Source of the DNA: Candidatus Shapirobacteria bacterium
Lineage (GTDB): Bacteria; Patescibacteriota; Microgenomatia; PFEM01; JBDRBL01
Length of the DNA stretch: 64,000 bases
Assembly: GCA_043822685.1 (NCBI GenBank)
Contig: JBDRBL010000003.1
Span: 4,659 to 68,658 of the forward strand
Reading direction: 5' to 3'
The notes under the pieces are model-generated. The model ran no database searches. It saw nothing but the letters and a program-made list of their open reading frames with translations, and was not told where the DNA came from. Below, piece after piece: positions 19,622 to 29,404 of the stretch. Numbering within the stretch: position 1 is the stretch's first letter; the number at the start of each line of letters is the position of its first letter. A program made the translations under genes and the position numbers.

Positions 19622-19705
19622 ATGTTCGGTGAAGCCAATCCGACTTTGTTGATTATTGCCTTGATCCTTGTCGTTATTGTTGGTTATCTGGTGATTAAAA
19701 AATAA
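19622..19705 (+). CDS. single-TM microprotein (27 aa)
   Basis: MFGEANPTLLIIALILVVIVGYLVIKK, starting 1 nt after the previous stop. Confidence 0.45.
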   Translation: MFGEANPTLLIIALILVVIVGYLVIKK

Positions 19706-19707
19706 TT

Positions 19708-20157
19708 TTGAAGGTGTTCTCCAAAATTAAAAAATTGTTCTTCATTTTTTTGGTGCTGGCTTTTGGGGGGATAGTTTTAGTTCTGTCTTTAGAACGGGCG
19801 GCCGAGCAGATTATTTTCCTAGACTTTAATTACTCAATTAATGTTGTTAGGGACCGTTTTTCGATCTTTTTTACTTTTGACAAAAAGGCCCGTGCCGAGC
19901 TTTTTTTGGCCTTATCGGTCGAAAGACAAAAAAGCGCTTTAGAGCTGGCTGACAAAAGAGACTTGAAGGGTGTTTTAAATTTGGCTCAAAAAGCTCGTGG
20001 TTATTTGAGCTTGGCGGTTCTTTCTGGCCAGTTTGATCGCGATCTTCTCTCTCAAAAAGCCGAGCAATATAACTTCTTTATTAACAAACTGCAAGAAAAG
20101 ACAGGTGAGAAGGGGTATTTTAATGAGTTGAGAATTAAGGATCCCTTGGCCTTTTGA
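19708..20157 (+). CDS. membrane-anchored helical hypothetical protein (DUF5667-like)
   Basis: N-terminal TM helix; FTFD..ARAELFLALS.ER. Confidence 0.55.
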   Translation: MKVFSKIKKLFFIFLVLAFGGIVLVLSLERAAEQIIFLDFNYSINVVRDRFSIFFTFDKKARAELFLALSVERQKSALELADKRDLKGVLNLAQKARGYLSLAVLSGQFDRDLLSQKAEQYNFFINKLQEKTGEKGYFNELRIKDPLAF

Positions 20158-20250
20158 AAAACTGATCAGTTTTGATCTTTTTGTTGCCAATTGACACCCT
20201 CCCGCCGTTTCTTGTTATGATGTTCTCACTTCTTTTGAGGGGCAAGGCAG

Positions 20251-22155
20251 ATGAAAAAAAATAAGACGGATGCGACCGATTTTGCTTTGGCGATAAATCA
20301 TAAGCCCGTAAATGGCAACGGTTTTGCTTTTAAGTATGCCGGTAAACGGGGCAATATCGAGATTGATGAAGACGAAGTTGATACCATTGTTGTTGGGGAA
20401 GGAAGCAAGGACGACGCTAATAAAATTAATTCACCCGAGGCGACTAGTTTCACTCTGGCCGAGTACGTCAAAAAAGAATACGCTCTTAAACGTGTTTTTT
20501 CTCCAGATGTTGCGGAGGCTCATAAAAATGGCGATATCCATTTACAAAAATTAGGTTTTATTGATCGACCGTATTGTTCTGGTCAATCAGTGGAGTATGT
20601 TAAAAAATTTGGTTTGGAACGGCACTCGTCTTTTGCGGCGGTCAAACCAGCTGCGCACGCCGACGCTTTAATTGATCATTTACATCGTATGACCATGGCT
20701 TTGCGGGCGCAATTTGGTGGGGCCATTGGTTGGGATGCCGTCAATATGTATGTGGCCCCGTATTTGGTCGGCATGTCAGACGGAGAGATTTACCAAGTTG
20801 CTCAAAAACTGATCTACAGTTTTAATGAAACGACTGGTCCGCATGGGGCACAACCGGTTTTTTCGGATATCAATTTGTATTGGGAAATTCCTGCTCACTT
20901 TGCTGCTGTACCTGCCATTGGTCCGCGCGGCGAATTTACCGGGAAAGTTTATCAGGATTACGAAAAAGAAGCCCAAGCTCTAGTCTGGCAAATCTTTAAT
21001 GTTTATCATCACGGTGACGCTAATGGCGCGCCTTTTTTCTGGCCCAAACCCAACTTACATATTACTAAAAAATTTTGGCAAACACCGCAGCACGAGGCCT
21101 TTCTCGAACATGTTTGTAATGTAGCTGCAACCATGGGTAATCCCTATTTTATTATCGATCGCTCCGATGTGGCCAAAATTTCCGAGTGTTGTCGGATTTC
21201 TTTTGAACTTTCACCGGAAGATTTACAAGATGCTCTAAAACCATGGAAGATGCGCTATGCCGCTTGTCCGTATCTTTCGCCTAATTTACCGCGGTTGGCT
21301 TATCGAGCTAAGCACGATGATCAGAAATTTTTTCGCTATTTAGACGCAACTCTGGCCTTGCTTTTTAAAGCTCATTTGCAAAAACGAAGTTTTTTGAAAC
21401 GTATTTTTGATTTGGGAGAATTGGGCCCCTTATCGATGTTAGCTTATCGGGCGCCCGGCGATGACGAACCCTATTTGCGTTTTGATAAGATGGCCTATTT
21501 GATTGCCTTGGTGGGAGTTGATGACGCGGTGCGTTTTCATTTGGGCAAGGCGATTAACGAATCGGCTGAGGCGTTAAAATTAGCGCTCAAAATTGTCGCT
21601 CATATTCGGTTGCGGTGCCATGAATTTGGTCAAAAACATCATTTAAAAATGGTGGCTGACCAGGCACCATCAGAGTCAACGTGTTATCGTTTGGCTCGTT
21701 TAGATTTAGAATACTATCCAGATCAGGCAAAAAAGATTGTTCATGGCAATTTCAAGACGGGTGAAGTTTACTACACTAACTCTACTCAAGTGGCGGTTGA
21801 TGTGCCGATGGATCCTCTGGAAAGAATTGAATTGGAAGGTCGTTTCCACCCTCTGATGGAAGGGGGTTGCATGACGCATATTTGGATTGGCGAAAAAATG
21901 CCCTCGCCCGCTTCATTGGCTAATGTAGTGAAAAAAACTTTTTACGAAACGCAAAATGTTCAGATTGCTTTCTCGCCCGAGTTTACCGTGTGTTTTAATT
22001 GTGGCCAGACCTCGCGCGGTTTGCATAAGATGTGTTCTTATTGTCATAGTCGACGGGTAGACGGGATTACGCGCATTACTGGTTATTACTCTTTTATTAG
22101 TGCGTGGAATAAAGGCAAAAAGGGTGAATTGAGAGATCGTTATAAAGTCTTTTGA
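20251..22155 (+). CDS. nrdD: anaerobic (class III) ribonucleotide reductase, copy 1, no ATP cone
   Basis: RPYC, ECCR finger loop, YYTNS, CxxC..CxxC Zn site, RITGY glycyl-radical motif. Confidence 0.92.
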   Translation: MKKNKTDATDFALAINHKPVNGNGFAFKYAGKRGNIEIDEDEVDTIVVGEGSKDDANKINSPEATSFTLAEYVKKEYALKRVFSPDVAEAHKNGDIHLQKLGFIDRPYCSGQSVEYVKKFGLERHSSFAAVKPAAHADALIDHLHRMTMALRAQFGGAIGWDAVNMYVAPYLVGMSDGEIYQVAQKLIYSFNETTGPHGAQPVFSDINLYWEIPAHFAAVPAIGPRGEFTGKVYQDYEKEAQALVWQIFNVYHHGDANGAPFFWPKPNLHITKKFWQTPQHEAFLEHVCNVAATMGNPYFIIDRSDVAKISECCRISFELSPEDLQDALKPWKMRYAACPYLSPNLPRLAYRAKHDDQKFFRYLDATLALLFKAHLQKRSFLKRIFDLGELGPLSMLAYRAPGDDEPYLRFDKMAYLIALVGVDDAVRFHLGKAINESAEALKLALKIVAHIRLRCHEFGQKHHLKMVADQAPSESTCYRLARLDLEYYPDQAKKIVHGNFKTGEVYYTNSTQVAVDVPMDPLERIELEGRFHPLMEGGCMTHIWIGEKMPSPASLANVVKKTFYETQNVQIAFSPEFTVCFNCGQTSRGLHKMCSYCHSRRVDGITRITGYYSFISAWNKGKKGELRDRYKVF

Positions 22156-22159
22156 AAAT

Positions 22160-24256
22160 ATGACCATTGACGAAGTTAGAAAAAGACGAGATGAGGTTTT
22201 TGAGCGGGCGTATAATGTCCGCCGGTCGGATGAAATCATAAAAAATTGGGACCGGCAGGCGATCATTAAGTCACTGAAGAAAGAATTGGGCGATAAAGAC
22301 GGCTTAACGGAAGAAATTGCCGAAGCGGTTGAGAAAAAGATCTTTAAGATGGATTTGTCGGTGATTACCGGACCATTAGTTCGCGAGACGGTCTGTATTG
22401 AATTATTGTTGCGGGGAATGGAGGAAGAGTATCGGAGATATCAGCGATTAGGGTTACCGATTTATGATGTCCGCAATATTATGATGACGCACAACGAGGC
22501 GGTTTCTTCTAATAATCCTCACACTCCGGAGACAACTAATATGACGATTGCCGGGTCGATCAAAAAAGATTACGCCATGGCGGAAATCTTTTCGCGTGAA
22601 GTCACCGAAGCTCATCTGAAAGGGGATCTTCATCTACACAAGTTGGATTTTCCTGACCGGCCATATTGTTGCGGCAATAGCTTGGAGTACGTTAAAAAAT
22701 ACGGCCTTAATTTGAGCTCGTCTTTGGCGATTGCTCGCCCAGCCAAACACGCCGGTGTTTTGATTTTGCATATGATTAAGTTTTCCTGTATGCTGCAAAT
22801 TCATTTTTCCGGAGCAATTGGCTGGGAAGCGGTTAATATTTTTTTGGCACCGTATTTAGTCGGTTTATCAGAAAAAGAGATTTATGATTTGGCGCAGTTG
22901 TTAGTCTATGAATTTAATACTCAAAACGTGGCCAAGGGCGGGCAGGCGGTTTTTTCCGATATTAATCTCTACTGGGAAGTGCCGGAACACTATCGCCAAA
23001 CGCCGGCGATTGGTCCTGGCGGCAAATATACCGGCAAGACTTATGCTGACTACGAAAAAGAAGCGCAGTTGTTTTTAACCCAATTAATGCAGGTTTATCT
23101 CAAAGGCGATGGCTCCGGCCGGCCTTTTTTTTGGCCTAAGCCCGATTTTCATATGACCGAGCGTTTTTGGCAAACACCGGGGCATAAAGAATTTTTAAAT
23201 TTGGCTTGTCAAGTGGCGAGTAAAATGGGCAATACCGAGTTTTTCTTTGACCGGGGCCAAGCCTCGCGGATTTCCCAATGCTGTCGCTTGTCGTTTAAAC
23301 TCGACAAAAAAGACTTGGAAGAAACCAAAAAACCAGAATTAATGCGCCATTCGGCTACCTCTTGGGTGACGCTTAATCTACCGCGAATCGCTTATGAAGC
23401 TAATCACAATGATGACAAATTATTTTTGTTGTTGAAAAAACGGATGAATTTGGCGGCCAAGGCTCATGTCCAAAAACGACGTTTTATACAAAAAATCCTG
23501 AACTTGAGGACTAATGGTCCCTTATCAGCGTTGTGTACCCGCCAAGTTGATGATCCCTATCCTTTTTACCGTTTTGACCGATCGGTCGAGTTGACCACGA
23601 TTTACGGCGTTAATGAGATGGTTCAATATCATTTGGGTCAACAATTGCATGAATCAGACGACGCGTTAAAGCTAGGGCTTAAAATTGTTTCGATGATGAA
23701 TTTGTACACCAAAGAGCAAAGCCAAAAGTTAAAGTTGCGAATTTGTACCGAGCAAACCCCGGCTGAAGGCACTTCATATCGCCTGGCGCGTTTGGATTTG
23801 CAATGGTTTTCGGACGAAGCAAAACAAGTGGTTAAGGGCAATCAAAAGACCGAAGCGGTTTACTATACCAATTCTTCGCAGTTAAATAATTCGGCGGCAG
23901 TTGATCCGATTGAAAGAATCAAAAAAGAGGGCTTGTTTCACCCTTTAATCGATGCCGGCGCGATGACTCACCTTTGGCTGGGAGAGCAGGAGCCACCGGC
24001 GAACTCTTTAGCTAATTTTATCAAAAAAATTTTTCAGGAAACCAAGTGTGAGTTGGTCGCTTTTTCACCGGAGTTTACTTTATGTTCTGATTGCCGCCAG
24101 ACTACCCGGGGATTAAAAGATGTTTGTTCTTATTGTAATTCAAGAAATATTGACCATATGACCCGTGTTTCCGGTTTCTACTCGCTTACCAGCCGGTGGA
24201 ATAAGGGCAAGATGCAAGAGTTAAAAGACAGATACCGGAACGATAATAAATTTTAA
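22160..24256 (+). CDS. nrdD: anaerobic (class III) ribonucleotide reductase, copy 2, with ATP cone
   Basis: VRRSD..WDRQAI ATP cone, RPYCC, QCCR, EQTPAE, YYTNS, RVSGF. Confidence 0.93.
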   Translation: MTIDEVRKRRDEVFERAYNVRRSDEIIKNWDRQAIIKSLKKELGDKDGLTEEIAEAVEKKIFKMDLSVITGPLVRETVCIELLLRGMEEEYRRYQRLGLPIYDVRNIMMTHNEAVSSNNPHTPETTNMTIAGSIKKDYAMAEIFSREVTEAHLKGDLHLHKLDFPDRPYCCGNSLEYVKKYGLNLSSSLAIARPAKHAGVLILHMIKFSCMLQIHFSGAIGWEAVNIFLAPYLVGLSEKEIYDLAQLLVYEFNTQNVAKGGQAVFSDINLYWEVPEHYRQTPAIGPGGKYTGKTYADYEKEAQLFLTQLMQVYLKGDGSGRPFFWPKPDFHMTERFWQTPGHKEFLNLACQVASKMGNTEFFFDRGQASRISQCCRLSFKLDKKDLEETKKPELMRHSATSWVTLNLPRIAYEANHNDDKLFLLLKKRMNLAAKAHVQKRRFIQKILNLRTNGPLSALCTRQVDDPYPFYRFDRSVELTTIYGVNEMVQYHLGQQLHESDDALKLGLKIVSMMNLYTKEQSQKLKLRICTEQTPAEGTSYRLARLDLQWFSDEAKQVVKGNQKTEAVYYTNSSQLNNSAAVDPIERIKKEGLFHPLIDAGAMTHLWLGEQEPPANSLANFIKKIFQETKCELVAFSPEFTLCSDCRQTTRGLKDVCSYCNSRNIDHMTRVSGFYSLTSRWNKGKMQELKDRYRNDNKF

Positions 24257-24517
24257 ATGACACTCAAACTTTTTACTCAACCAAATTGTTCGAAGTGCCC
24301 AACTGCGCATGCGCTCGTGCACCAGTTAACAGTTAACAGTGAACAGTTAATAGTCGAAGAGTACAACGTCACTACTGCTGACGGCTTGGCGGAGGCAAGT
24401 TTTTACTCGGTGATGGCGACTCCCAGTTTGGTTTTACTGGATGATTCCGGTAAAGAAATCCACACCTGGCGCGCCGAAACACCGAGTTTGACAGAGATCA
24501 ATGCTTTACTACGATAA
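24257..24517 (+). CDS. thioredoxin/NrdH-like redoxin
   Basis: CSKC, VMATP; lies between nrdD and nrdG. Confidence 0.8.
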   Translation: MTLKLFTQPNCSKCPTAHALVHQLTVNSEQLIVEEYNVTTADGLAEASFYSVMATPSLVLLDDSGKEIHTWRAETPSLTEINALLR

Positions 24518-24533
24518 TACGTATCATTATAGC
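24508..24533. repeat. 26-bp dispersed palindrome copy
   Basis: ACTACGATAATACGTATCATTATAGC. Confidence 0.8.
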
Positions 24534-24538
24534 AAGAG

Positions 24539-25231
24539 ATGAGAATTGCTGGGTATTTAAGAACTTCGCTCATTGAGTGGCCGGGGAAGATCAGCAGTGT
24601 CATTTTTACGCCCGGGTGTAATTTTGCCTGTCCCTTTTGTCATAACGCGGATCTAGTGAGGAACAAGGGAACGCAGGAAATTAGTGAACAGTCGGTTTTG
24701 GAAGATTTGAAGAAGCGGAAAAAATGGATCGATGGCGTGGTGATTACCGGTGGAGAGCCGACGCTTCAGCCGGATCTGCCTGAATTTATCGCCAAAGTAA
24801 AAAAATTGGGTTTTGAAATAATGCTGGAGACAAATGGCAGTTTACCCCAAAACCTTCAAAAAACGCTTCCACTTCTTGATTATTTATCGCTGGATTTTAA
24901 GACAAGATTTGAGGACTACTCCAAAGTGGTCAGAAATAAAAATTTTGATGTTAGAGATTGGCAAAAAAGTCTGCGCTTAATAATTGCGGCCCAAATCCCT
25001 TTTGAAATCCGTACGACAGTTGTACCAACAATTCACAATCAGCAAGTTTTAGTCGCCATGGCCCAAGAATTATCTAAACAACTAGCTTGTTCTACTTGGT
25101 TCTGGCAATCTTTTGTTCCCCAAAACTGTTTGGACAAATCTTTTCTCAAAATCAAACCCCATCCCGTGACCGAGTTAGAAACTCTTGCCCGCCAAGCGAA
25201 AAATTTTTACTCCGAAATTAAAATTAAATAA
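24539..25231 (+). CDS. nrdG: class III RNR activase (radical SAM)
   Basis: GCNFACPFCHN, ITGGEP, ETNG, EIRTT. Confidence 0.92.
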   Translation: MRIAGYLRTSLIEWPGKISSVIFTPGCNFACPFCHNADLVRNKGTQEISEQSVLEDLKKRKKWIDGVVITGGEPTLQPDLPEFIAKVKKLGFEIMLETNGSLPQNLQKTLPLLDYLSLDFKTRFEDYSKVVRNKNFDVRDWQKSLRLIIAAQIPFEIRTTVVPTIHNQQVLVAMAQELSKQLACSTWFWQSFVPQNCLDKSFLKIKPHPVTELETLARQAKNFYSEIKIK

Positions 25232-25257
25232 TTTTCGGTTTGTGCTATCATTGAGTT

Positions 25258-25605
25258 ATGGTGAGTGATGAGCGCAAGGATATTCCCAGTGTTGAACCAG
25301 AAACAGTTAAATATACCGAAGTTGAGACGACTCCGGAAATTGGTCCGGAGGTTAAGGATTGGTTGACCCAGCTGGAGCAAGGCGAGGAAATTAAACTGCC
25401 CCAGCCGGTGACCGATGATCAAGGTCAGATTTTGGTGAGCAATGTGGCTCCACAGCAAGTAACGATCACTTTACCTTTAACCGAAGCGGAGATGAGGCGC
25501 GCTCTGCATTTAAAACTAGTTTATGCCGCTCGTTGGTTGGGGGAGCAGATGAACCGGCTGTCGCAAATTATGGGAGGAAGGCTTGTTTATAAATTCAAAA
25601 GTTGA
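25258..25605 (+). CDS. hypothetical protein
   Basis: 115-aa ORF coupled to the ATPase gene. Confidence 0.7.
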   Translation: MVSDERKDIPSVEPETVKYTEVETTPEIGPEVKDWLTQLEQGEEIKLPQPVTDDQGQILVSNVAPQQVTITLPLTEAEMRRALHLKLVYAARWLGEQMNRLSQIMGGRLVYKFKS

Positions 25606-27944
25606 ATATGGAATTGATTGACAATTTTCTTAATCGTTTGCTTTCTTGGCTGGTGATTTTAGCGACGGTGGCGCTGGTTGCCGGGGCGTTGGCCTTGGTT
25701 TTTTACGCTTTTTTTGTCTGGTGGAAATATCGTCGTCGCGAAAAACAATCCCTAGAATATTTGATACTTCAAATTGCCGTACCTCATGATAATGAGATTA
25801 AAATTGATGCCGCCGAGCAGATGTTTGCTTCCCTGGCTTCCATAAAAAAAGGTGGCTGGTTTTCTTTTTTACGCCCCCAGCCGCACCTTGCTTTTGAAAT
25901 TTTGGCTAAACACGAGGATATTTGTTTTTATCTTTCGGTTCATCGCAAGATGCGCGATTTGGTGGAAAAACAAATTTATGGTGCCTATCCCGATGCCAAA
26001 TTGCTCGAAGTTGAGGAGCCCACGATTTTTACTCAAAACGGCAAAGTTGCTTTTGCCGAGATGCAGTTTCGCTCGAGTGCCTACCTTCCCCTCAAGGTTT
26101 ACAAAGATCTTCCTACTGACCCTCTTTCGGCGATTACCGCGGTGATGGCCAAGATGGGTGAGGAGGAGGGGGCGGTGATTCAAATTTTAATCTCTCCCGC
26201 CGACGGTAAGTGGAGAAACAAGGGCCATGCTTATGTTTCTCGTATCAAGAAGAACGAAAGTAATCCGGAGAAGGCTAAATTTGCTGTTGACCCCAAGGAT
26301 TTGGAGGCGATTGAGAATAAGTGTTCCAAGCCCGGTTTCAAAACTTACCTGCGTTTTGTTGTCTGCGCCCCCGATTTAGAGCAGGCTAATGCTCATTTAG
26401 GCAATCTTAAAAGCGCCTTTTCTCAATTTGATTCTCATCTTAACAGCTTCAAAAGCAAAAAAACATGGCTTAAGAAATCCTTTATGCTCGACTTTATTTA
26501 TCGCTATCAGCCGCGCTGGACATGGCGTACCAATAGCGCTATTTTAAATTCAGAGGAGTTGGCCACGGTTTTTCACTTGCCTAACAAACAAGTGGAAACG
26601 CCCCACCTGCGCTGGGTTTATTCCAAACGTTCCCCGGCACCGATTAATATTCCCACCGGCGGTTTATTGCTGGGTCGTAATGTTTTTCGCGGGGTTACCC
26701 GGCCGGTCTATCTCACCGACTCCGATCGCCGCCGGCACATCTATATTATTGGCCGTACCGGCGTCGGCAAAACAGAACTAATGCGCGATCTGATTTTGCA
26801 GGATATTCGTTCGGGTAAGGGAGTTTGCCTGATTGATCCTCATGATATTGCCGAGGATATTCTTAATTTTATCCCGCCGGAGAGAGCCGAAGACGTGATT
26901 TATTTTGATCCTTCCGACGAAGAGCGGCCGCTAGGTTTAAATTTACTCGAAGCGCACACTGAACAACAAAAGCACTTTGTGACCACCGGTATTATTAATT
27001 TAATGTATAAGCTTTTTGATCCTTATAAAACAGGAATTGTCGGGCCGCGCTTTGAACACGGAGTGAGAAACGCAATGTTGACGGTCATGTCCGAGCCGGG
27101 GGCTACTTTTATCGAGGTCGTTCGGATTATGACCGATTCCCGTCTGGTCCAGGAATACCTGCCTAAAGTTACCGACGCTATGGTGCGCCGCTATTGGACT
27201 GATCAAATTGCCCAAACCTCTGATTTTCACAAGTCCGAGGTTTTGGACTACACCGTTTCCAAGTTCGGTCGTTTCGTTACCAATAAAATGATGCGGAATA
27301 TCATTGGTCAATCAGAGTCTTCTTTTGATTTCCGCAAAGTTACGGATGAGGGAAAAATCTTGATTATTAATTTGGCTAAAGGTAAATTGGGGGAGGAAAA
27401 TTCTAATTTTTTGGGCCCGATTTTGGTGCCGAAGATTCTTATGGCGGCGATGTCGCGCCAAGACACTCCCGAGGAACAGCGGAAAGACTTTTATTTATAT
27501 GTGGATGAGTTTCAAAACTTTGCCACGCCTGATTTTGCCCAAATTTTGTCCGAGGCGCGCAAGTATCGGCTTAATTTGTGCGTTGCCAACCAATTTATTG
27601 GTCAAATGGAGGAGGAAGTTAAAAACGCGGTTTTTGGCAACGTTGGAACATTGATTTCTTTTAATATTGGGGTCACGGATGCCAACTTTTTGCAGCATTG
27701 GTTTGCACCTACCTTCGGGGAGGATGACCTGATTAACATCGAAAAATATAACGCCTATATCAAAACAATCGTTAAGAGCGAGCCTCAACCGCCTTTCTCG
27801 ATGGATTTATCTAAAGATATGGCGGAACTTAATCGCCAGCGCAATCCACGCGTTTCGGAGATGATCAAACAGCTTTCCCGGCTCAAGTATGGCCGCGCCA
27901 GAGAGGTTGTTGAGGCGCAAATTACCCAGCGGGCAAGATTATAG
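25602..27944 (+). CDS. VirD4/TraM-like coupling ATPase (HerA/FtsK superfamily)
   Basis: N-terminal TM helix, GRTGVGKT Walker A, YVDEFQNF Walker B, EARKY. Confidence 0.88.
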   Translation: MNMELIDNFLNRLLSWLVILATVALVAGALALVFYAFFVWWKYRRREKQSLEYLILQIAVPHDNEIKIDAAEQMFASLASIKKGGWFSFLRPQPHLAFEILAKHEDICFYLSVHRKMRDLVEKQIYGAYPDAKLLEVEEPTIFTQNGKVAFAEMQFRSSAYLPLKVYKDLPTDPLSAITAVMAKMGEEEGAVIQILISPADGKWRNKGHAYVSRIKKNESNPEKAKFAVDPKDLEAIENKCSKPGFKTYLRFVVCAPDLEQANAHLGNLKSAFSQFDSHLNSFKSKKTWLKKSFMLDFIYRYQPRWTWRTNSAILNSEELATVFHLPNKQVETPHLRWVYSKRSPAPINIPTGGLLLGRNVFRGVTRPVYLTDSDRRRHIYIIGRTGVGKTELMRDLILQDIRSGKGVCLIDPHDIAEDILNFIPPERAEDVIYFDPSDEERPLGLNLLEAHTEQQKHFVTTGIINLMYKLFDPYKTGIVGPRFEHGVRNAMLTVMSEPGATFIEVVRIMTDSRLVQEYLPKVTDAMVRRYWTDQIAQTSDFHKSEVLDYTVSKFGRFVTNKMMRNIIGQSESSFDFRKVTDEGKILIINLAKGKLGEENSNFLGPILVPKILMAAMSRQDTPEEQRKDFYLYVDEFQNFATPDFAQILSEARKYRLNLCVANQFIGQMEEEVKNAVFGNVGTLISFNIGVTDANFLQHWFAPTFGEDDLINIEKYNAYIKTIVKSEPQPPFSMDLSKDMAELNRQRNPRVSEMIKQLSRLKYGRAREVVEAQITQRARL

Positions 27945-27962
27945 AACAATTTTTAATCAATT

Positions 27963-27983
27963 CCTGCCTTGCTGGCAGGCAGG
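27963..27983. repeat. short GC palindrome
   Basis: CCTGCCTTGCTGGCAGGCAGG; relatives at 30053-30072 and ~38507-38527. Confidence 0.55.
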
Positions 27984-27998
27984 TTAAATATCAAATTT

Positions 27999-28148
27999 TT
28001 AAACTGTCCGAATAATTTTTAATTCTTTCATAATTTGGTTTGTCATTGTAAAAAACTCATTTTTGGAGAGCAAAGATTTGGATTTTTCGTCTAATTTTTT
28101 CTCAAAATTTTCTCCGATTTTATCAAGATCATGTTTGGTGATGATCAT
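27999..28148 (-). CDS. small helical protein or fragment (49 aa)
   Basis: MIITKHDLDKIGENFEKKLDEKSKSLLSKNEFFTMTNQIMKELKIIRTV. Confidence 0.4.
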   Translation of the reverse strand: MIITKHDLDKIGENFEKKLDEKSKSLLSKNEFFTMTNQIMKELKIIRTV

Positions 28149-28275
28149 GATTTAATTGAAAGATAATCTCTGGGAGAAGTCAAGATAATTTGTTGCCACT
28201 TTGACAAAGTAGTCATTAGTTGATAAACTGAACAGTAGTAGATAGTTTTTATGGGTTTAGTTTTATTGTTCGATA

Positions 28276-28956
28276 ATGACTCGAGTAATTGATCGGCGTA
28301 AAGCCATCTATTTTCGTCAGCAGGGTAAGACTTACAGTGAAATTAAAAAAGAATTAAATCTTTCCAAAAGCACTCTTTCTGGTTGGTTAAGTAAATATCC
28401 ACTCACTCGAGAACAACTTGAGAAGGTAAAATCTAGAATTAATTTTAAAAAGAATTTGGCTGTTGAAAAATGTCGTCTTACTAAACTAAACAAATGGAAA
28501 AATCGACTTAAACAAACTTATGAAAACGAAAAAAATAGGTTGTTGAATCTGACGGAAAAAGAGTTATATATTGCTGGTTTGTTCTTATATTGGGGAGAAG
28601 GATCAAAAGCAATAAAAAATGCTATTTCTCTTAATAACACTGATCCCAAAGTGGTTAAATTTTATTTATTTTGGCTGACCAAAATTCTCCACTTTGATAG
28701 AAACAAAATTAGAGTTCAAGTTCATCTCTACGATGATATGAATATCAAGCGTTCTTTAGATTACTGGAGCAGGGAATTGAGGATGCCTATGAACCAATTT
28801 GCTAGACCATATATAAAAAAGAGCAAAAGAATTGAGGTTGACCAAAAGGGTTTTGGGCACGGCACTTGTACCTTAAGAATAGGCAACGTTCTTCTTAAGG
28901 AGAAGATTCTTATGGGGATAGAAGCGATTGCTGATCATTATAACCAAAAAATTTGA
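28276..28956 (+). CDS. HTH + LAGLIDADG-like ('LYWGEG') protein adjacent to a tRNA
   Basis: N-terminal HTH GKTYSEIKKELNLSKSTLSGW; IAGLFLYWGEG; ends 15 bp before tRNA-Ile. Confidence 0.7.
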   Translation: MTRVIDRRKAIYFRQQGKTYSEIKKELNLSKSTLSGWLSKYPLTREQLEKVKSRINFKKNLAVEKCRLTKLNKWKNRLKQTYENEKNRLLNLTEKELYIAGLFLYWGEGSKAIKNAISLNNTDPKVVKFYLFWLTKILHFDRNKIRVQVHLYDDMNIKRSLDYWSRELRMPMNQFARPYIKKSKRIEVDQKGFGHGTCTLRIGNVLLKEKILMGIEAIADHYNQKI

Positions 28957-28971
28957 TAAAATACGCTTTAG

Positions 28972-29044
28972 GGGGCGGTAGCTCAATGGTGGAGCGGCAT
29001 CCTTATAAGATGAAGGCTTGATGGTTCGAATCCATCCCGCCCCA
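28972..29044 (+). tRNA. tRNA-Ile(UAU)
   Basis: GGGGCGG/CCGCCCC acceptor, loop CT-TAT-AA (anticodon 29004-29006), T arm GATGG-TTCGAAT-CCATC. Confidence 0.9.
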
Positions 29045-29236
29045 CAGAAATGGATTTTTCGGCGAGTCAGAGATGGCGCTCGCCGCGCCCGCTCCCGCCC
29101 CCCCCCACACGCAGCGCTACCTTCACGCTCGGCCTTCAGTCTCGTAAAAAGTCGGCTCGGTCAGTCCTTTCTTAAAAAGAAATGATCTCAAAGAAAAACG
29201 CAAAAATTTTAAAGAACTAAATCGATAAACTTTAAA

Positions 29237-29321
29237 GGCGCAACCGGTGGAACCAACTAAGAATCGCTTCTTGTTGTCCGATTGCGCCATTGAAAAAGCG
29301 ATTCCCTAAAAGTTGGTTCCA
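29237..29321 (-). ncRNA. candidate pseudoknotted ncRNA
   Basis: 11-bp and 12-bp nested stems plus an 11-bp loop-to-3' pairing; mismatches resolve as G-U only on the minus strand; extended -10 immediately upstream. Confidence 0.55.
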
Positions 29322-29404
29322 AATATCAATATACCAAATTCCTAAGGATTTTGGTATACTCATTTCAATATAAGTACAAGTTTAGAAAGAGAGGAGGTGA
29401 AAAT

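Noticed and set aside
25602-27944. Conjugative element
   Set aside because: A lone coupling-type ATPase with no relaxase or other T4SS genes in the window
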